64,000 nucleotides of DNA. Source: the human T2T-CHM13v2.0 reference genome, Homo sapiens. The stretch lies in assembly GCF_009914755.1 (NCBI RefSeq), contig NC_060927.1; one strand, 5' to 3'. How positions within the stretch are numbered: the stretch's first letter is position 1; every line of letters starts with the position of its first letter. The position numbers and the translations under genes were made by a program. The notes beneath the pieces are model-generated. The model saw only the letters and a program-made list of their open reading frames with translations, was not told the DNA's origin and searched no databases. Positions 1-14,322 of this stretch are shown here, one piece after another.

Positions 1-1769
<1,769 letters not shown>

Positions 1770-2580
1770 GACTTAAAATCTCTCTTGGGGCCAGATACAG
1801 AAAGCATTTTCCTCACCTGTTTTCTTTTCAAAACAGTAGAAAAACTGTTTTTAAAGAAGGGCAATTAAAGTAGACTAGCCCTGAATGATTTTTCTAATTG
1901 TTACAGAAAATCTGATGGTTTTCTTACCTTGAAGTCATGTGTACTAGGTCTTCCAATTCTCTCTGAAGGGGAAGCCACATGGCTTCCTAGATCCTTAAGA
2001 AAGGATAACCCTTATTGATAAGCCTCTGTTTATGACATGACTTGCCCAGGGTCACACAGAAAGGCAGCAGTAGAGACAAAAATTACATACAGATTGCCTG
2101 TCTCGCAGTTTCCCTTCCCTGTTGTTGGAGGAACGTAATGAGGGTAAGAAAGGAAGGGGTCTCCAGAGAGATGTAATGGCTATTTCTAAGCCATTTTTAA
2201 AATAAGCTTCAGATGATCAAAAGTTCGAGGTCAGAGGATAATTTAGGCCATCAGAAGTTGGCCAGATTGGAGTTAGGTCCTCTAGAGAATTCTGTCCTTT
2301 GGCAGTCAAAGACAGTGATGGACGCCAAGCCAGGCCTGTGATTTGGGCACAGGTCCAGGCTCTAGCCCCCTCTGGAGCCGGGCTCGGATCTTCACAAGGA
2401 GCTCTGCAGCAAGCAGGGTCTGTGCTTGAACATACGCTTTTAATCAGAGTCGCTGGAACCTGGATGGGGCCTCAAACATAATTTAATTCAGTCCTCTCAC
2501 TTTGCAGATGTAGAAATTGAAGGCCAGATTGAAGGGTGGGCTATGGAATGCTTGCACAAGGTCATCTGTCAATTTAGGGA

Positions 2581-2805
2581 ACAGCATGGTAAGGTGAAAA
2601 GGGATCGCTTTGGTGTCATTGCTGGGTTCCAAATCCCCGCTCTGCCGCGTATTAGCTAAGAGACCCCAGGTAAGTCACTTGACCTCCCTGACTATCAATG
2701 TCCCAGTGTGTAAAGTCGGGACCATAATTACAATGCCTGAATCACTGGATTGCTATCATTAAATAAGATGAAAAATAAGAAAGTGATTTGTAAACAGGAA
2801 GTCAC
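2581..2805 (+). mobile_element. MIR SINE
   Basis: gggttccaaatccccgctctgcc...ggtaagtcacttgacctccctg...tgtaaagtcggg matches the MIR core. Confidence 0.7.
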
Positions 2806-3748
2806 TTTTCATACCACAATGTTAATATTAAATTATAATAAAACCCAACCCAATAAAAGCAGTCCACTTTTCTGAATGCCCACCACATGCCAAGTGCCAA
2901 GTACTTCACATACCTTGTTTCTTTTAATTCACACAATGAATGACCCGAGGAGAACGCTCAACTAACAACCATATACTTGAACCAGGGGTTTAAATCAGTC
3001 ATACACACAGCAGGATTTAAATACTATCTTCCACATGGTACCTTCAGAAACGTGGGCCTGGGATTTCATTCATGGGATACACATGGCTCCCCCCCCCGTA
3101 CCCCCTGCCCCCTCTGTATTGAGTGGGTGGCTCTCACCTGTGGAGGGCAGGGTGCTCTCATGTTTGTTTATACCAGAACATAGAATAGAACTTGGTAAAG
3201 GTAAATGCTCATTTAAGAAATAAAAATACATCAAATAAAGTAAAAAGCAACCTGGTAGATAGCATTTCCTTTTCATTTTTTTAAAATAGCTTTATCGAAG
3301 GATAATTGAATGGAAATGGTCATTAATATATATCCAGAATCTATTAACGTTCGGCTAAGTTGGGGGGAACATAGGGATGTTTTAAGGCAACTAAGCGATT
3401 TAGAAAACTTAAGTTCTTTAATGTTTTCAAAGAAAAGGTTGAGTCTGTAAGATATAATCTGGCAATTTGTATAGAACTCTTTCTACTAGCTTCCAGGAAT
3501 CCCTGCTCTGTGAGCTTTTTGCCAAACTGATTGATCTTCCCAGACATAATCTGGGGACCTTCTCTAATATGCCCCTATTCCGCTGTCAGCTTAATACACT
3601 CTTTTGCTAAGTAATAGGGTATTGCTAGTGTTCTTCCAGGTTCTCTTCATAAAGGCGCTTCTCTGTCAATAAGAGACTGTGTTTATATTCTTGTGCACAA
3701 ATAACTGGCCCTCTTCTCAGTGTTTGAGATCCCTCATCTTGCTCCGAC

Positions 3749-4255
3749 TGTTGCAGCCTTTTCTCGCCATGACAGACTGCCATACTACATGGCCTTCTCC
3801 CATCGAAAGGTGAGGTCAAGTCTCCTTCCTCTGAATCTGGGTGGGGTTGTGACTCACTTTCAATCATTCTAATATAGAGTAAGTGATGTTGTGTGATCTC
3901 TGAAGGTATGTCATAAAGAAAATGATGCCATTGCCTCCTTGTTCTCTAGGGTCTAGCATGTGGACCACTGAACTGCCAAGGAAGCAGTCCAACTGCCCTG
4001 AGGCTGCCATGCTGTGAGGAAACCCAAAGTGGTCCATAAAGAAGGATTATGTGGAGGGACCCTGAAAGATGCCTGGCCTGCCTCCCACTGCTCCAGTACC
4101 CTCCTCCCCAACTCTTCCAGCTTCAGCCACTGTCTGCAACCACATGAGAGCTCCCGAGCCATAAATGCCCAGCCTAGTCTCCCCTAAGTTTCTAACCCAC
4201 AGTTTAAACTACTAAGCTTGGGTTGCTTTGTTATGCCTCAATAGCAACTGGGACA
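3749..4255 (+). mobile_element. MaLR solo LTR (MLT1F/G/H-like)
   Basis: ccctgaggctgccatgctgtgaggaaacccaa and the terminal actaagcttggg...tttgttatgcctcaatagcaactgggaca are typical MLT1. Confidence 0.75.
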
Positions 4256-5334
4256 TGCCCCTTTCTCCATTCTGCTGCTGAATCTGGTTACAGCAGCAGA
4301 GACACATGCCAGGGGCATCTCTAGTAACAGGGGAAAGCCCTTTGGGAGTAGATTCAAAGTGGAGGGTCAAGACAAATTATTCAGCGAGCCTGACTTTTAG
4401 AACTCAAGGGGCACCAAGTAAGTGCATGATCCTGAGGCAATCAATTCCTCTCGTTTTCCTTTTTTTGTAAAGGGATGAACTAGACACAGTGTGGAAAGCC
4501 AGCTTTACCACATTCTCCTACGATCTTCTGAAGTTACCTAATCTCTCTAACCCCAGATTCCTCTTCTGTAAAATGGGGATAATAGCCACAAAAATAGAAC
4601 AGTAGTGTAAAATTAGATAGTATGTGTGGAAAAGTAGAGTCTTGAAACTTGACTTAAGTGGTTGATGAATGTTAGCCCCCTCCACCAATGCCTTCCCCTT
4701 GCATTCTAATATTCTCTGCTCCTCTGAGCAAATTTACCAGATGATTGTTGGAGTTTTTTGTAATCCTCATCAAGTCAGAGAAGACTAGTGAGGTTGTGGC
4801 AAATAAATGATTCTGAGGGTCCAGGGCGAGCTTTAGGTAAATTGTGGTTTTAGTGTTTGAGAAAGAGCCTGTCACTAGTGGGAGTCTTCATTATTCACTG
4901 GCAAGATATAACAAGCAGGGCTTTGCAGTAATGCACAGCTCCTCTGCTCTTGGCAATCTTGTGGCCGAAAGATATTTTTAAAGCCCCTGTTTTCAGATGA
5001 CCGTGTTTCTGATTAGCATGTGTCTTTTCCATTTTCAGTTCCACGAAGAGAAAGGCAAGTGAAATTTGCCCAGCCTCACCATCTCCAAATGGGTGATATT
5101 ACTGAACAATTATTTAATGGCCCCACAGCATCTGTTTTTTATATTTTGGGGTCCATATTGGAAGTTCAAGCTTATGAATAATCCAGATATTTAAAAGCCA
5201 ATGCTCAACTGGATATTCTCCTTAGGATTATTTTAGCCTTGTCTAGAATCAGAGTGTCTGTCAATTGCCACAACATATATATTAAGTTTGAAAGAGATTA
5301 AGCTGGAAAATTCGATATTTTAAAAATAATACCA

Positions 5335-5490
5335 AGAGAGGCTGGGAGCAGAAAGAGAAGAAAAGATAACTATTGGGTACTGGGTGATGAAATAATATTT
5401 ACAATAAACCCCCATGGCAAGTGTTTACCTATGTAGCAAACCTTCACATGCACCCCCAAACATAAAATAAAAGTTAAAGAAAGAAAAAAA
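5335..5490 (+). mobile_element. Old primate L1 3' end fragment (L1PA13-16/L1PB-like)
   Basis: ataactattgggtactgggtgatgaaataat...tttacctatgtagcaaaccttcacatgcacccccaaacataaaataaaagttaaa. Confidence 0.8.
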
Positions 5491-5559
5491 CAGAAACTCT
5501 TACTTATAACTCATTTCATTTAATAACGTTTTTACTCTTTTAAAAATAAAATAATGCTA

Positions 5560-5745
5560 ATGATGATGATAACAGGGTTCATACCTGTAGAGCATTTTAC
5601 AAGTGGCAGAGAGCTTTCATTGATATCATTTCTCTTAAGTCTTCACCCTGTGAGGTAGGCATAGAAAGAAATTTTATCCCCAAATGACAGATGAAAAAAT
5701 AGAGAGCCCATGAGTTTAACTGACTTGCTCAAAGCCACAAAGGCT
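5560..5745 (-). mobile_element. MIR SINE
   Basis: ccctgtgaggtaggcat...atccccaaatgacagatgaaaaaatagagagccc...tgacttgctcaaagccaca. Confidence 0.7.
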
Positions 5746-5984
5746 GCATTTCCTGAGCCTGAGTACCCCTAGGAAGAGCTCCAGCCAATCTAGGGTGCAG
5801 AACCAATGAGTTAGTTTATCATTTATCAATCCCAGTGATGCATAAGCTGTGCAGAACTAGAAAGGTCAGCTCCAGGCTGGCCCACCAAAAAAGTAGAGGA
5901 AAACTTGGGAATGCCCACTAGCCTATTCAGAAGTTGGATTCAGGTTGGGAGAAAGAAAATAGGAGCCGAATTATTTTGAGGTGG

Positions 5985-6440
5985 TATACACGAGTTACCT
6001 ATTGCCATTGTAACAAAGCCAGCACAAACTTGGTGGCTTACAATGACATAAATTTATCCTTTTACAGTTCTGGAAACCAAAAATCCAACATTAATTTCTC
6101 TGGGCTTTCAAATCAAGCTGCCAGCAGGGAGAGTTCCTTCTGGAGGCTGTAGGGGAGAATGTATTTCCTTGCCTTTTTCAGCTTCCAGAGATTCTCATAT
6201 TCTTTGACTTGTGGCCCCTTCCTCCATCTTCAATGCATATAATCTCTGTTTCCATTGTCACACAACTCTCCTCCTACACCTTACAATGGACCCATCTGGA
6301 TGACATGGGATAATCTCTGCACTTCATGACCCCTAACTTAATCACATCTGCAAAGTCCCTTTAACATGTAGGAGAACATAGTCCCAGGTTCCAGGAATTA
6401 GGACATGGGCATCTTTGGGACCATCATTCAGTCTACCATA
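5985..6440 (-). mobile_element. MaLR solo LTR (MLT1D-like)
   Basis: Matches the reverse complement of MLT1 (cacaaacttggtggctta...ttccttctggaggctgtaggggagaat...aatcacatctgcaaagtccc...cattcagtctaccata). Near-TSD ggtgg/ggtga. Confidence 0.85.
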
Positions 6441-6659
6441 GGTGACAAGGTGACAGGCGGATGGTGGCCACCGTTTTTTTTTGCATGGTTGTGTTTGCCT
6501 GTCTGAAAGCCACACTCCTCACTGCCACCTGACATGTAGAGGCCAAAATAGAAAACACATCTTCAGATCCCAAGTAAAGTGCTCTTTCAGGCACGTCACA
6601 CCTGCCATCTCAAACTATATTTACATTCATTTTTGCAAATAGCCCATTCTTGTATAGAA

Positions 6660-6880
6660 GGCAATTAATATTTGCATAATGTTTTAGAGTTTATAATGGC
6701 CTTTTTATTTACATGAAGTCACTTAAACCCCTACAATAGCCCTCTGAGACAGTTATTATTAACACATTTTTACATATGAAGAAGCTAAGGCTCAGCGGGG
6801 TGAAGTGGTTTGTCTAAGGTCACCCAGCTGGTAAGGGCAAGACCACAATGCAAATCCCAAAAGTTCCACTATATTCCGCT
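6660..6880 (-). mobile_element. MIR SINE
   Basis: catttttacatatgaagaagctaaggctcagcggggtgaagtggtttgtctaaggtcacccagctggtaag. Confidence 0.75.
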
Positions 6881-6969
6881 CTAAATAATGAGTCTATACT
6901 GAAGTCCACTTACTAGCCATGGTGGCTTATCTTTTGGGGATACTCTGAAGGTGAATGGGGTCTCCATTG

Positions 6970-8450
6970 CGCTTTTGAGATAAAATGAGTCAATAAATGT
7001 GAAAGTCCTTTGTAGCAGTATGACTCACTATGACAGAAAGTTATTGATAGCATTATCATCATCACCACCAACATCCTCTGCCCTGGAGACCAAGAGAATT
7101 CAAACAGGTCAGCACCTCTAATTGCTGTATAGAACATTGACCCTACTGTCTCCCAGTTCCTGAGGATGGTGTGATAATAATACATCTCAGAGTTCTGTAG
7201 TTTCTTCACCACTGTGCAGGTGTGGTTGGTGGGAGCAATGCCCTGGATGGATAAGCCAAGCTCTTGTGTCCTGGCAGATAAACAAGGTGAACCCTCAATC
7301 CGTGTAGCAGGAGTTTCCAGACAAACTCACTTTGCATGGAAGGACACTAACCCTTCCAGGTGCATGGAAATATTTTGTAGTTTTTACTGTCTCCCCCTTC
7401 CTCCACTGCCTCATCTTTTTTGTTTTTTCCCCTGTGAGACTATTTGCTCTGCATTTCAGATGTGTCTAATTTTGTGGAAAGGAGAAGGTTGGGAGCTCAG
7501 GAGCTAATAGGATGCACAGGAGGAAGATACGGAGCACAGTGGCTGAGACCTGACAGCTCTCTGAAGACTCTACTTCACCGCCGCCACTCCACTTCACCGC
7601 CGCCAGCCCTGGCCCACACCTTTCTTAAGAGCAACTTAAGAAATTTGCAACTTCAAAACCAGACCAGAGGGTGAGAAGAACTAGCCAACCCATCCTCCAA
7701 GTGTGACTGAGCGGTCAGGCTGCCCCCACCTCATTTGAGTGAGACCGCCAAGAGCCTTCACGTGGGACCTAGACCACAGGAACACAATTAGGAAGTACTC
7801 CCTGCCCCTCACAACGGCCATCCTCACCAGGCAGCGGGGACAGAAGGGAGGCAGGTGCATTCAAATCGCGCTGGCCTGAAGAAGGGAAATGAAGCGCTAA
7901 ACTCAGCTCGGTCCCACAATGAGTCAGAATGGGGGCAGGGAGGAGCGCCCAAAGCCCTCTGGCCCTTCTCCTTGGGAACTAGTCCTGCACATGGCCACCA
8001 GCCCTGGGAATCACAGCATTTGGCATGGGTCTCAGTTCTTGTACTCCATTGCTGTGGGACAAGAGACACTAAACTTCCAGGTTTTCTCTCAATAGCTGGC
8101 TTCACCTGTAAACACAGTGGCATATTAGACAAGCTCTCTTCATCTGAAATGTGCCCACCCCCCCAACAATCCCACCTTTGCCTGCTCAAACCTGACTCAT
8201 GCTTCATGTTCATATTCAACTTCTTCCCTTGTGCTTCTAACTACATCTAGGAATCTCCTTGTTCTTAGAACCACCTTTATCCCTTCTCAGATATTTATGT
8301 ATATCAGTTTTTAAATGAAAATAATTTCTCACCTATTAAGCTGGGCACCCTGCTAATCACTTTCACACTTGCTGTTTAATTTGCTGTTTAGCTCCCTAAT
8401 ATTAGACAAAAACTCCTTGAAAACAGAGACTGTGTCTGACTCATCGCTCC
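6970..8450. promoter_or_regulatory. Candidate enhancer: AP-1/GATA/RUNX/ETS motif cluster
   Basis: Perfect TGA(G/C)TCA at 6986, 7021, 7920, 8193 and 8437; AGATAA at 6978 and 7276; TGTGGTT at 7221; ACCACA at 7773; CACGTG at 7759; AGGAAGT at 7790. Confidence 0.5.
7567..7604 (+). repeat. 19-bp tandem duplication (2 copies, 1 mismatch)
   Basis: actctacttcaccgccgcc / actccacttcaccgccgcc. Confidence 0.9.
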
Positions 8451-9329
8451 TTCCCCCACCAGGCACTATCCTCTCAACAGTTACTGGATTAATAATTTTT
8501 TTAAAAATTTTAAAAAACTATTTTAAAAAAATATAAATTAGTAAAAACTGTGGCATTAGCATGAAATGACTAATATGTTCAAGTTCCACTTGAGGAAGTT
8601 AGGGTGATGTCAGTGAAAACCTGCCCTTAGAGGATCCCTGCCTGCATGAGGGACTCTGGGACTGCAAAGTGCCAAGAGAGCCTTACTCAGGGTGACCACA
8701 GGAAGGTGAGCCAGAGGAATCTTCATTTAGGGAGAATCTGGCAAGAAAATTCCAGGCATCTGCTGGAAGCCATAGAATGTAGGTGTAAGAAGCAAGTGAG
8801 GATGGTATGGAAAGAACTAGCTGAGAGAAAGCAAGTGAGAGCTGACACCAGAAAAAGATGAGGGTCTTAGAGTTCTTATTTTATGTGGTTATTTGTGAAG
8901 AATGCAGGGCCAGGTGCCTCAAAGGAGATTCACAGAGTATTAAGTATATTTGAGCCTATTTGACAAGCCCAGAAGACATTCCGAAGGGTCTTGTCTCTGA
9001 GGAGCTTGTGCCTGGTTGTGAGGAGGTACATTTGTTAGATATCATTTGTTAGATAGACTCAAGGTGAAATCTCAAAGCAGTTCACCTCGCTTTTGGCATA
9101 TTTGTTAGATATCACTGCTCATCCTCCCTTGTTTCAGGATCTTCCCCAGGCCATGAGAGTCTGAGAAGCAGGTGGGGAGTGAAAAGAGCACAGGCATGGG
9201 GGTCAGGAGATGCCATTCACAGCCGTGGCTCCCCCATTTACTTGTATCACAAACTGGAACAAATTGCTCCACTTCTCTGAGTCTCCATTTCCCCATCTAT
9301 GCAATGATGGGATGCAACTAGAATGTCAC

Positions 9330-9694
9330 TGTCAGATTGAGTTCTACAACAAAGTGGTGTAGACTGCATGGCAACAAAAAACAAGAAAAATCTATTTCTC
9401 ACAGTCTGGAGGCTGGAAGTCCAAGGTCAGAGTGCCAGTATGGTCGGGTGCTGGTGAGGGCCGTCATCTAGGCTGCAGACTGCCAACTTCTTGTTTTACA
9501 CTCACATGGTAGTAAAGGTGCTACAGAGCTCCCTGAGATCTTTTTATAAGGGCACCGATGCTATTCATGAGGTCCCACCCTCCTACTCTAATTATCTACA
9601 AGACGCCTCACCTCCAAATACCATCACACTTTGGATATGCTTCAACATATACAGTTGGTGGTGGGTGAGAAGCATGAGCGTTCAGTCCATAACA
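9330..9694 (-). mobile_element. MaLR solo LTR (MLT1A0-like)
   Basis: tttctcacagtctggaggctggaagtccaaggtcag...tttttataagggcac...cacctccaaataccatcaca...ttcagtccataaca; TG...CA ends with near-TSD gtcac/atcac. Confidence 0.85.
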
Positions 9695-9719
9695 ATCACT
9701 ATATTTCCTCTGAGTTTCT

Positions 9720-11392
9720 CCTGCTCCTCCTCTTCTAAACACACCACCAGCAAACCTCTCTGTTCCTCTTCCCTGCTGGTAAGAAGAGAGGTGGAGGCAT
9801 CTCTTCTCACCATGGCTGGTCCAACCACCTATGAACTAGTCCCTTTCTCTTCAGCCTTCTTCAAGGACCTGCTTCACCAGTTATCCTCTTTACCTCTTGG
9901 ATTATCAGTCTCTCCTGTTTCTGGAACTCCTTTCTTTCAGCCTATCAGTGTCCTTGAATCTCTCTAAATTCTTAAAACCATTTTTTTCATCCAGTAATTG
10001 ATAAAGCTGTCTCCTCTTCACAGCTAAATTTATTGAGTATGTATTGCCATCTTCATGATCTCACTCCTTGCCTACACCCCACCCACTACAACCTGGCTTA
10101 TAAACAACCACACACATACTCACACCACTGAAAACCCTCTTGATGAGGTCCCTGGTGACCTCCTCATTGTCAAATCAAATGATTTCTTTGCAGTCTTCAT
10201 CCTCCTCATTCCCAAAGTGGTATTTGCACTAAAAACCAACTCTTCATCAGTCTTGAAATTCTCTCCTGGTTCTCCACAGTCTCTTCTATGCTGCCCACAC
10301 TTTAATGTTGGGATGCTTCAAGATTTCACCTTGAGCCTATCTATTCCCCCTGACCCCACCACCCAAAGTTCCCTGGGAACACTCATTTGGTTCTAGAGCT
10401 TTAAGTACCATTATACCCTGATGACTCTAGTCCCTACTTCTCCCGCAAAAACCATCTCTGTCTTCCCAAAAGCCTATTCACATCTCTAGTGGGGTGTTTT
10501 TTACAGAAACTTAAAATACTGTGCTCCAAAGAGCCCTCTCCTATAGATTCACCAAATGTGCTCTGTGTCCTTTGTGTTCAGCCTTGGTTAACAGCATATT
10601 TTTCCACTCTACTTCTAAAGCTAGAAATCACAGAGTCTTCCTTAGACACTTCCTTTCCTTTACCCTCCGCATGTCAGTCAACAAACCCTAGGAGTTTAAC
10701 TTCAGAAATTAATAGGCCTCATCCACCCCTCCCCTCCATCCACAATGCTTTGGCTCAAGCCCTCATTAGTTTTCAGCAGGACCACGGCAACATCTGCTCT
10801 CTGTCCTCCATGTCTCCTTGGGTTATCTTCCTAAAAAGCAAATCTAACCAAGACACACTTTTGCTTAGGAATCCCTATTGATGATCTATTGCCCATAAAC
10901 TTGAGACAAAATTCCTTGGCTGGGGAACATAACACTTAACAATCTGATCTCAAGCTTCATCCTCAGCTTTGCCACCCCACACAGCCACTCTGAACTTCTT
11001 AACCAAACGTACCAATTCCTTTCACAATTTGGGGCCTTTGCATGTGCTGTTACCTTTTTCTGGAAAGTACTTCTGGCCTCCTGTGATTGGTAAACTCATA
11101 TTTCAAGGCCCAAACTCCCATTTCACCATTTCTGTGATGTTGCCCCTTATTTCCTCCAGGCAGAACCCTTCGCTCTGCCCCAATCTCTCACAGCACTTAT
11201 TTATGTCTCCATAATAACACTTATCACACTGTACTGTAATTTTCCTTTTCATGTGTCAGTCACTACATTATACTTTGAGCTCCAGGAGGTTAAGAACTTA
11301 CACTTATTAATTTTTTATATCCCCAGGGTCTAGCCCAAGATCTGCTTATAGTCAGCCCTCGGAAAAATGCATATCAAATAAATCAGTGAATA
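9720..11392 (+). mobile_element. Long L2 LINE fragment (~1.6 kb) running to the 3' end
   Basis: gacctcctcattgtcaaatcaaatg, atcttcctaaaaagcaaatctaacca, acacttatcacactgtactgtaat and tatccccagggtctagccc...aaataaatcagtgaat are L2 hallmarks. Confidence 0.75.
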
Positions 11393-11469
11393 TACCAAAG
11401 GTTCTCTATGCTAAAGGAAGCATTACACCAAAGTGAAATTGATTCTAGATGCTAGTCCCATATCTGTTT

Positions 11470-11705
11470 TTAAAGGTTAAAAAAAATGGTCTTTGCAGTC
11501 AGACGTAAAGGGGATTCAAATCCCTCCTCTACAGCTATCTTATGTGATCACAGGCAAGAAGCTCCCAACTCTATGCCTGAGTTTCCTTATCCCTAAACAG
11601 GACAATGCCTGCCTCACAACACTGTCATGGATTAGATAAGAAGTTGAATATATACACTGTATAGCACGGGGTCTGATAACAAATGAATAGCCATGATTAT
11701 TACCA
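11470..11705 (+). mobile_element. MIR SINE
   Basis: ctttgcagtcagac...gattcaaatccc...tgtgatcacaggcaag...gcctgagtttcctt. Confidence 0.65.
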
Positions 11706-14322
11706 TTAACTAGCTGTAATATTCTGGGCCAGTCCCTTTCTCTCCCTGGGTCTTCCTGGAACCCACTCCCTCTATATAATGAGGGTTTTCACAAGTATCC
11801 CTGAGGTTACCCCAAGCTCCATCACTGTAGAACTTTACAGTAGTCAAAATTTATAGTATCAGCCATTCAGCTCTGAAATTAACCCTGCTTGGGTATAATG
11901 AACTCTAATAGTTTCTTGGGCGTAAGCTTTGCTCACTCTAACCAAAGTCAAATTCATCAACCACACTGGACCTCGCTAAGGGCAAGAGCTAGTTCTTTTA
12001 TTCTCCTATTCATTTCTGGCTCAGGACTGGGCACAGAGAAGGTACGCCCATCAACTTGTCAGTAGAAGAAGCAGTGGAAAGGAGGCCTGTCTCCTAGGAG
12101 CCAGCACAGACAACAGGGGCAGGGCATGCAGACTCCCAATCACATCGTGTGCTCCTAATTTAAATGACTTTGTGAACTGATTTTGCAATCCCGTGTTTAT
12201 TCCCAGCTCATTCTTATTAATATCTTGTTAACATCTTAATTTGAACTGTGGCCACTGCATTTCACACAAAGAGCACACAGGAGTATATTTAAATTACTTT
12301 GGATTCTCCCAGAGAGGAGGTGTCTTTCTCCCACATTTGCACATTTAAAATTTATTTTTGACATCTTAATATGATTATTTTTATTCTTGTAAAGTAACGG
12401 AGTAAAAAAAGAAAAATGACTGGTTGAGTTTCTTCTCCCAACATTAAAAACAGGGAAAATAGCCAACTCTTTGGAAGCCAGTTGTTTGGAGTAATATTTG
12501 AGGTCTTGCTGAGTGAAATAAATAGACACTTCTGAAGAATCGAGCAACAGAGAATTGTGGAGAAACAGTGTATTCGGGCCACTCAGTGCACACAGCCAGC
12601 TTTCCTGCTCCAGGGCAATGAAGATCTACAGTAAGTCACCCAGCATAGGGGAGGATCATGAACCCTGAGGTCACCCACAGCTGAATTCAACCTCCTCCCT
12701 TCCAGTTGTATGATCCAGACAATTTCTTCACATCTACAAGATTCGTTTTCCCACTTGCAAAATGAAAATAACGATATAGCACACTTCACGGTGATGTCAA
12801 GAGAATTTTTAAAAATAATAATATATATACACACATAGAGAATATTCAATAAATATAAATTCTGTCTATGATGAGAGCATGGTACAAGTCAAATGAAGCT
12901 ACTTACATCTTTTTATCCTATCTTGTTCCACAAAAAATTTAAGATAAATTGTACTGATACTTCTAATATAACAAAGATAAATTAATGCAAAAAAAAAGGA
13001 AAGAAAATGAGGCAAGAAAAGGTAAAGGTGAGATAGGAAGAGGGATTGAAGAAATAAGATTGTTTTACAAAATTCACGGAGTCCTGTGGCCATATCATAG
13101 GTGTGTGACAAGGTTCAACAGTTGTTAAGTAACCTGTCACTCAAGAAAAGCCCAGCTTTTCCTGACTGAAAATATTTTTTTTCAAAGGTGTTTTATTCCT
13201 TGTGGAAAATGAGATCTAGGTGACAAAGAAACTAATTTGCCTTCCCTCTTCAGCATTTATTTTACTATGTGACCTTGCACAAATCATGTCACCACTCTGG
13301 ACTCTCATGTTCCCATCTATACACACAGAAGATTGGATGAGATGAACCCCAAAGCCCTTTGTAGCCTCTACATTTTATAACTTGATTCTGTTCTGCAAAA
13401 CGTCTACAGCATCCTCCTCCAAGCATTTGCAATTCATGTGACAATCTTATTGAAATTCTTTGCTATCCTCTAACAAAACTAGTTTTTCATTTGAAAATGT
13501 AGTTTTATTTCTTTCAACCCTGTCATGGGCCTCCTGACAGAACTTAAGGAACCAACATTCTCAGTGTAATAGCCACTTATTACTTAAGCCAACCTTACAA
13601 TAGAACCAATAAAAGCAATCAATTGCTAACTTGAGCAGATCTGCATTTACTCAGAGTGTGGGTATTTTATTCTCAGTATTCTGTTCATTATATTCAATTT
13701 TTTAGTTTGTTGACCTTTCATTATATACTTAATAGGCAATTTTTCAATAATTTCCTCTGTTCTCATTGGGACTGCCCAAGGGCCCGAGAAACGCAACTGG
13801 AGGAAGCAGCTGATGAAGAGGCTCCTGCGCCCAGCTTGTGAAGATCTGTTGGGAAGAATGTGACTCTGGTCTGGCTCTTTAGCCGTGGTTTCTTGATTTG
13901 TATTCTAGATCATAGCAGAAACTCAGCCAAACCGACTTTTTATCTGGGTGAGAGGGCTGGATGGGGAGAAGAGATTTTTCTGGATATTAGGAACAATCTT
14001 TCCTCTTCAAGATCTACCTCATCCACCACTTCTTTTCTGTCTCCTCTGAGTATGCTCTCTTGTAAATCTCCACCTTTTCTCAGCAGGAAAAGCTATGTGC
14101 CCCCTCCCTGCCCCTTACCCCACATTGCCTTCTCCATATTCTCTGCACTCCTGCAGACCCTGTGTGCTGCTGCTCATGGCTGCTCCTCAGACAGGGCAGG
14201 TAACTCACCCAAGAACACACAGCCACTAAGATACAGAGTTGAAGTTCAAATTCCAGTTTATAACTGCAAAGCCAGCAACTTAATCCTCACTATTAAACTG
14301 AATCTCCAGTAGAATTCTTTCT

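Noticed and set aside
9491-11214. Run of 80-158 aa plus-strand ORFs resembling an operon or multi-exon gene
   Set aside because: They lie in an MLT1A LTR and a decayed L2. They are Ser/Leu/Pro-rich frames with no recognisable intact domain.
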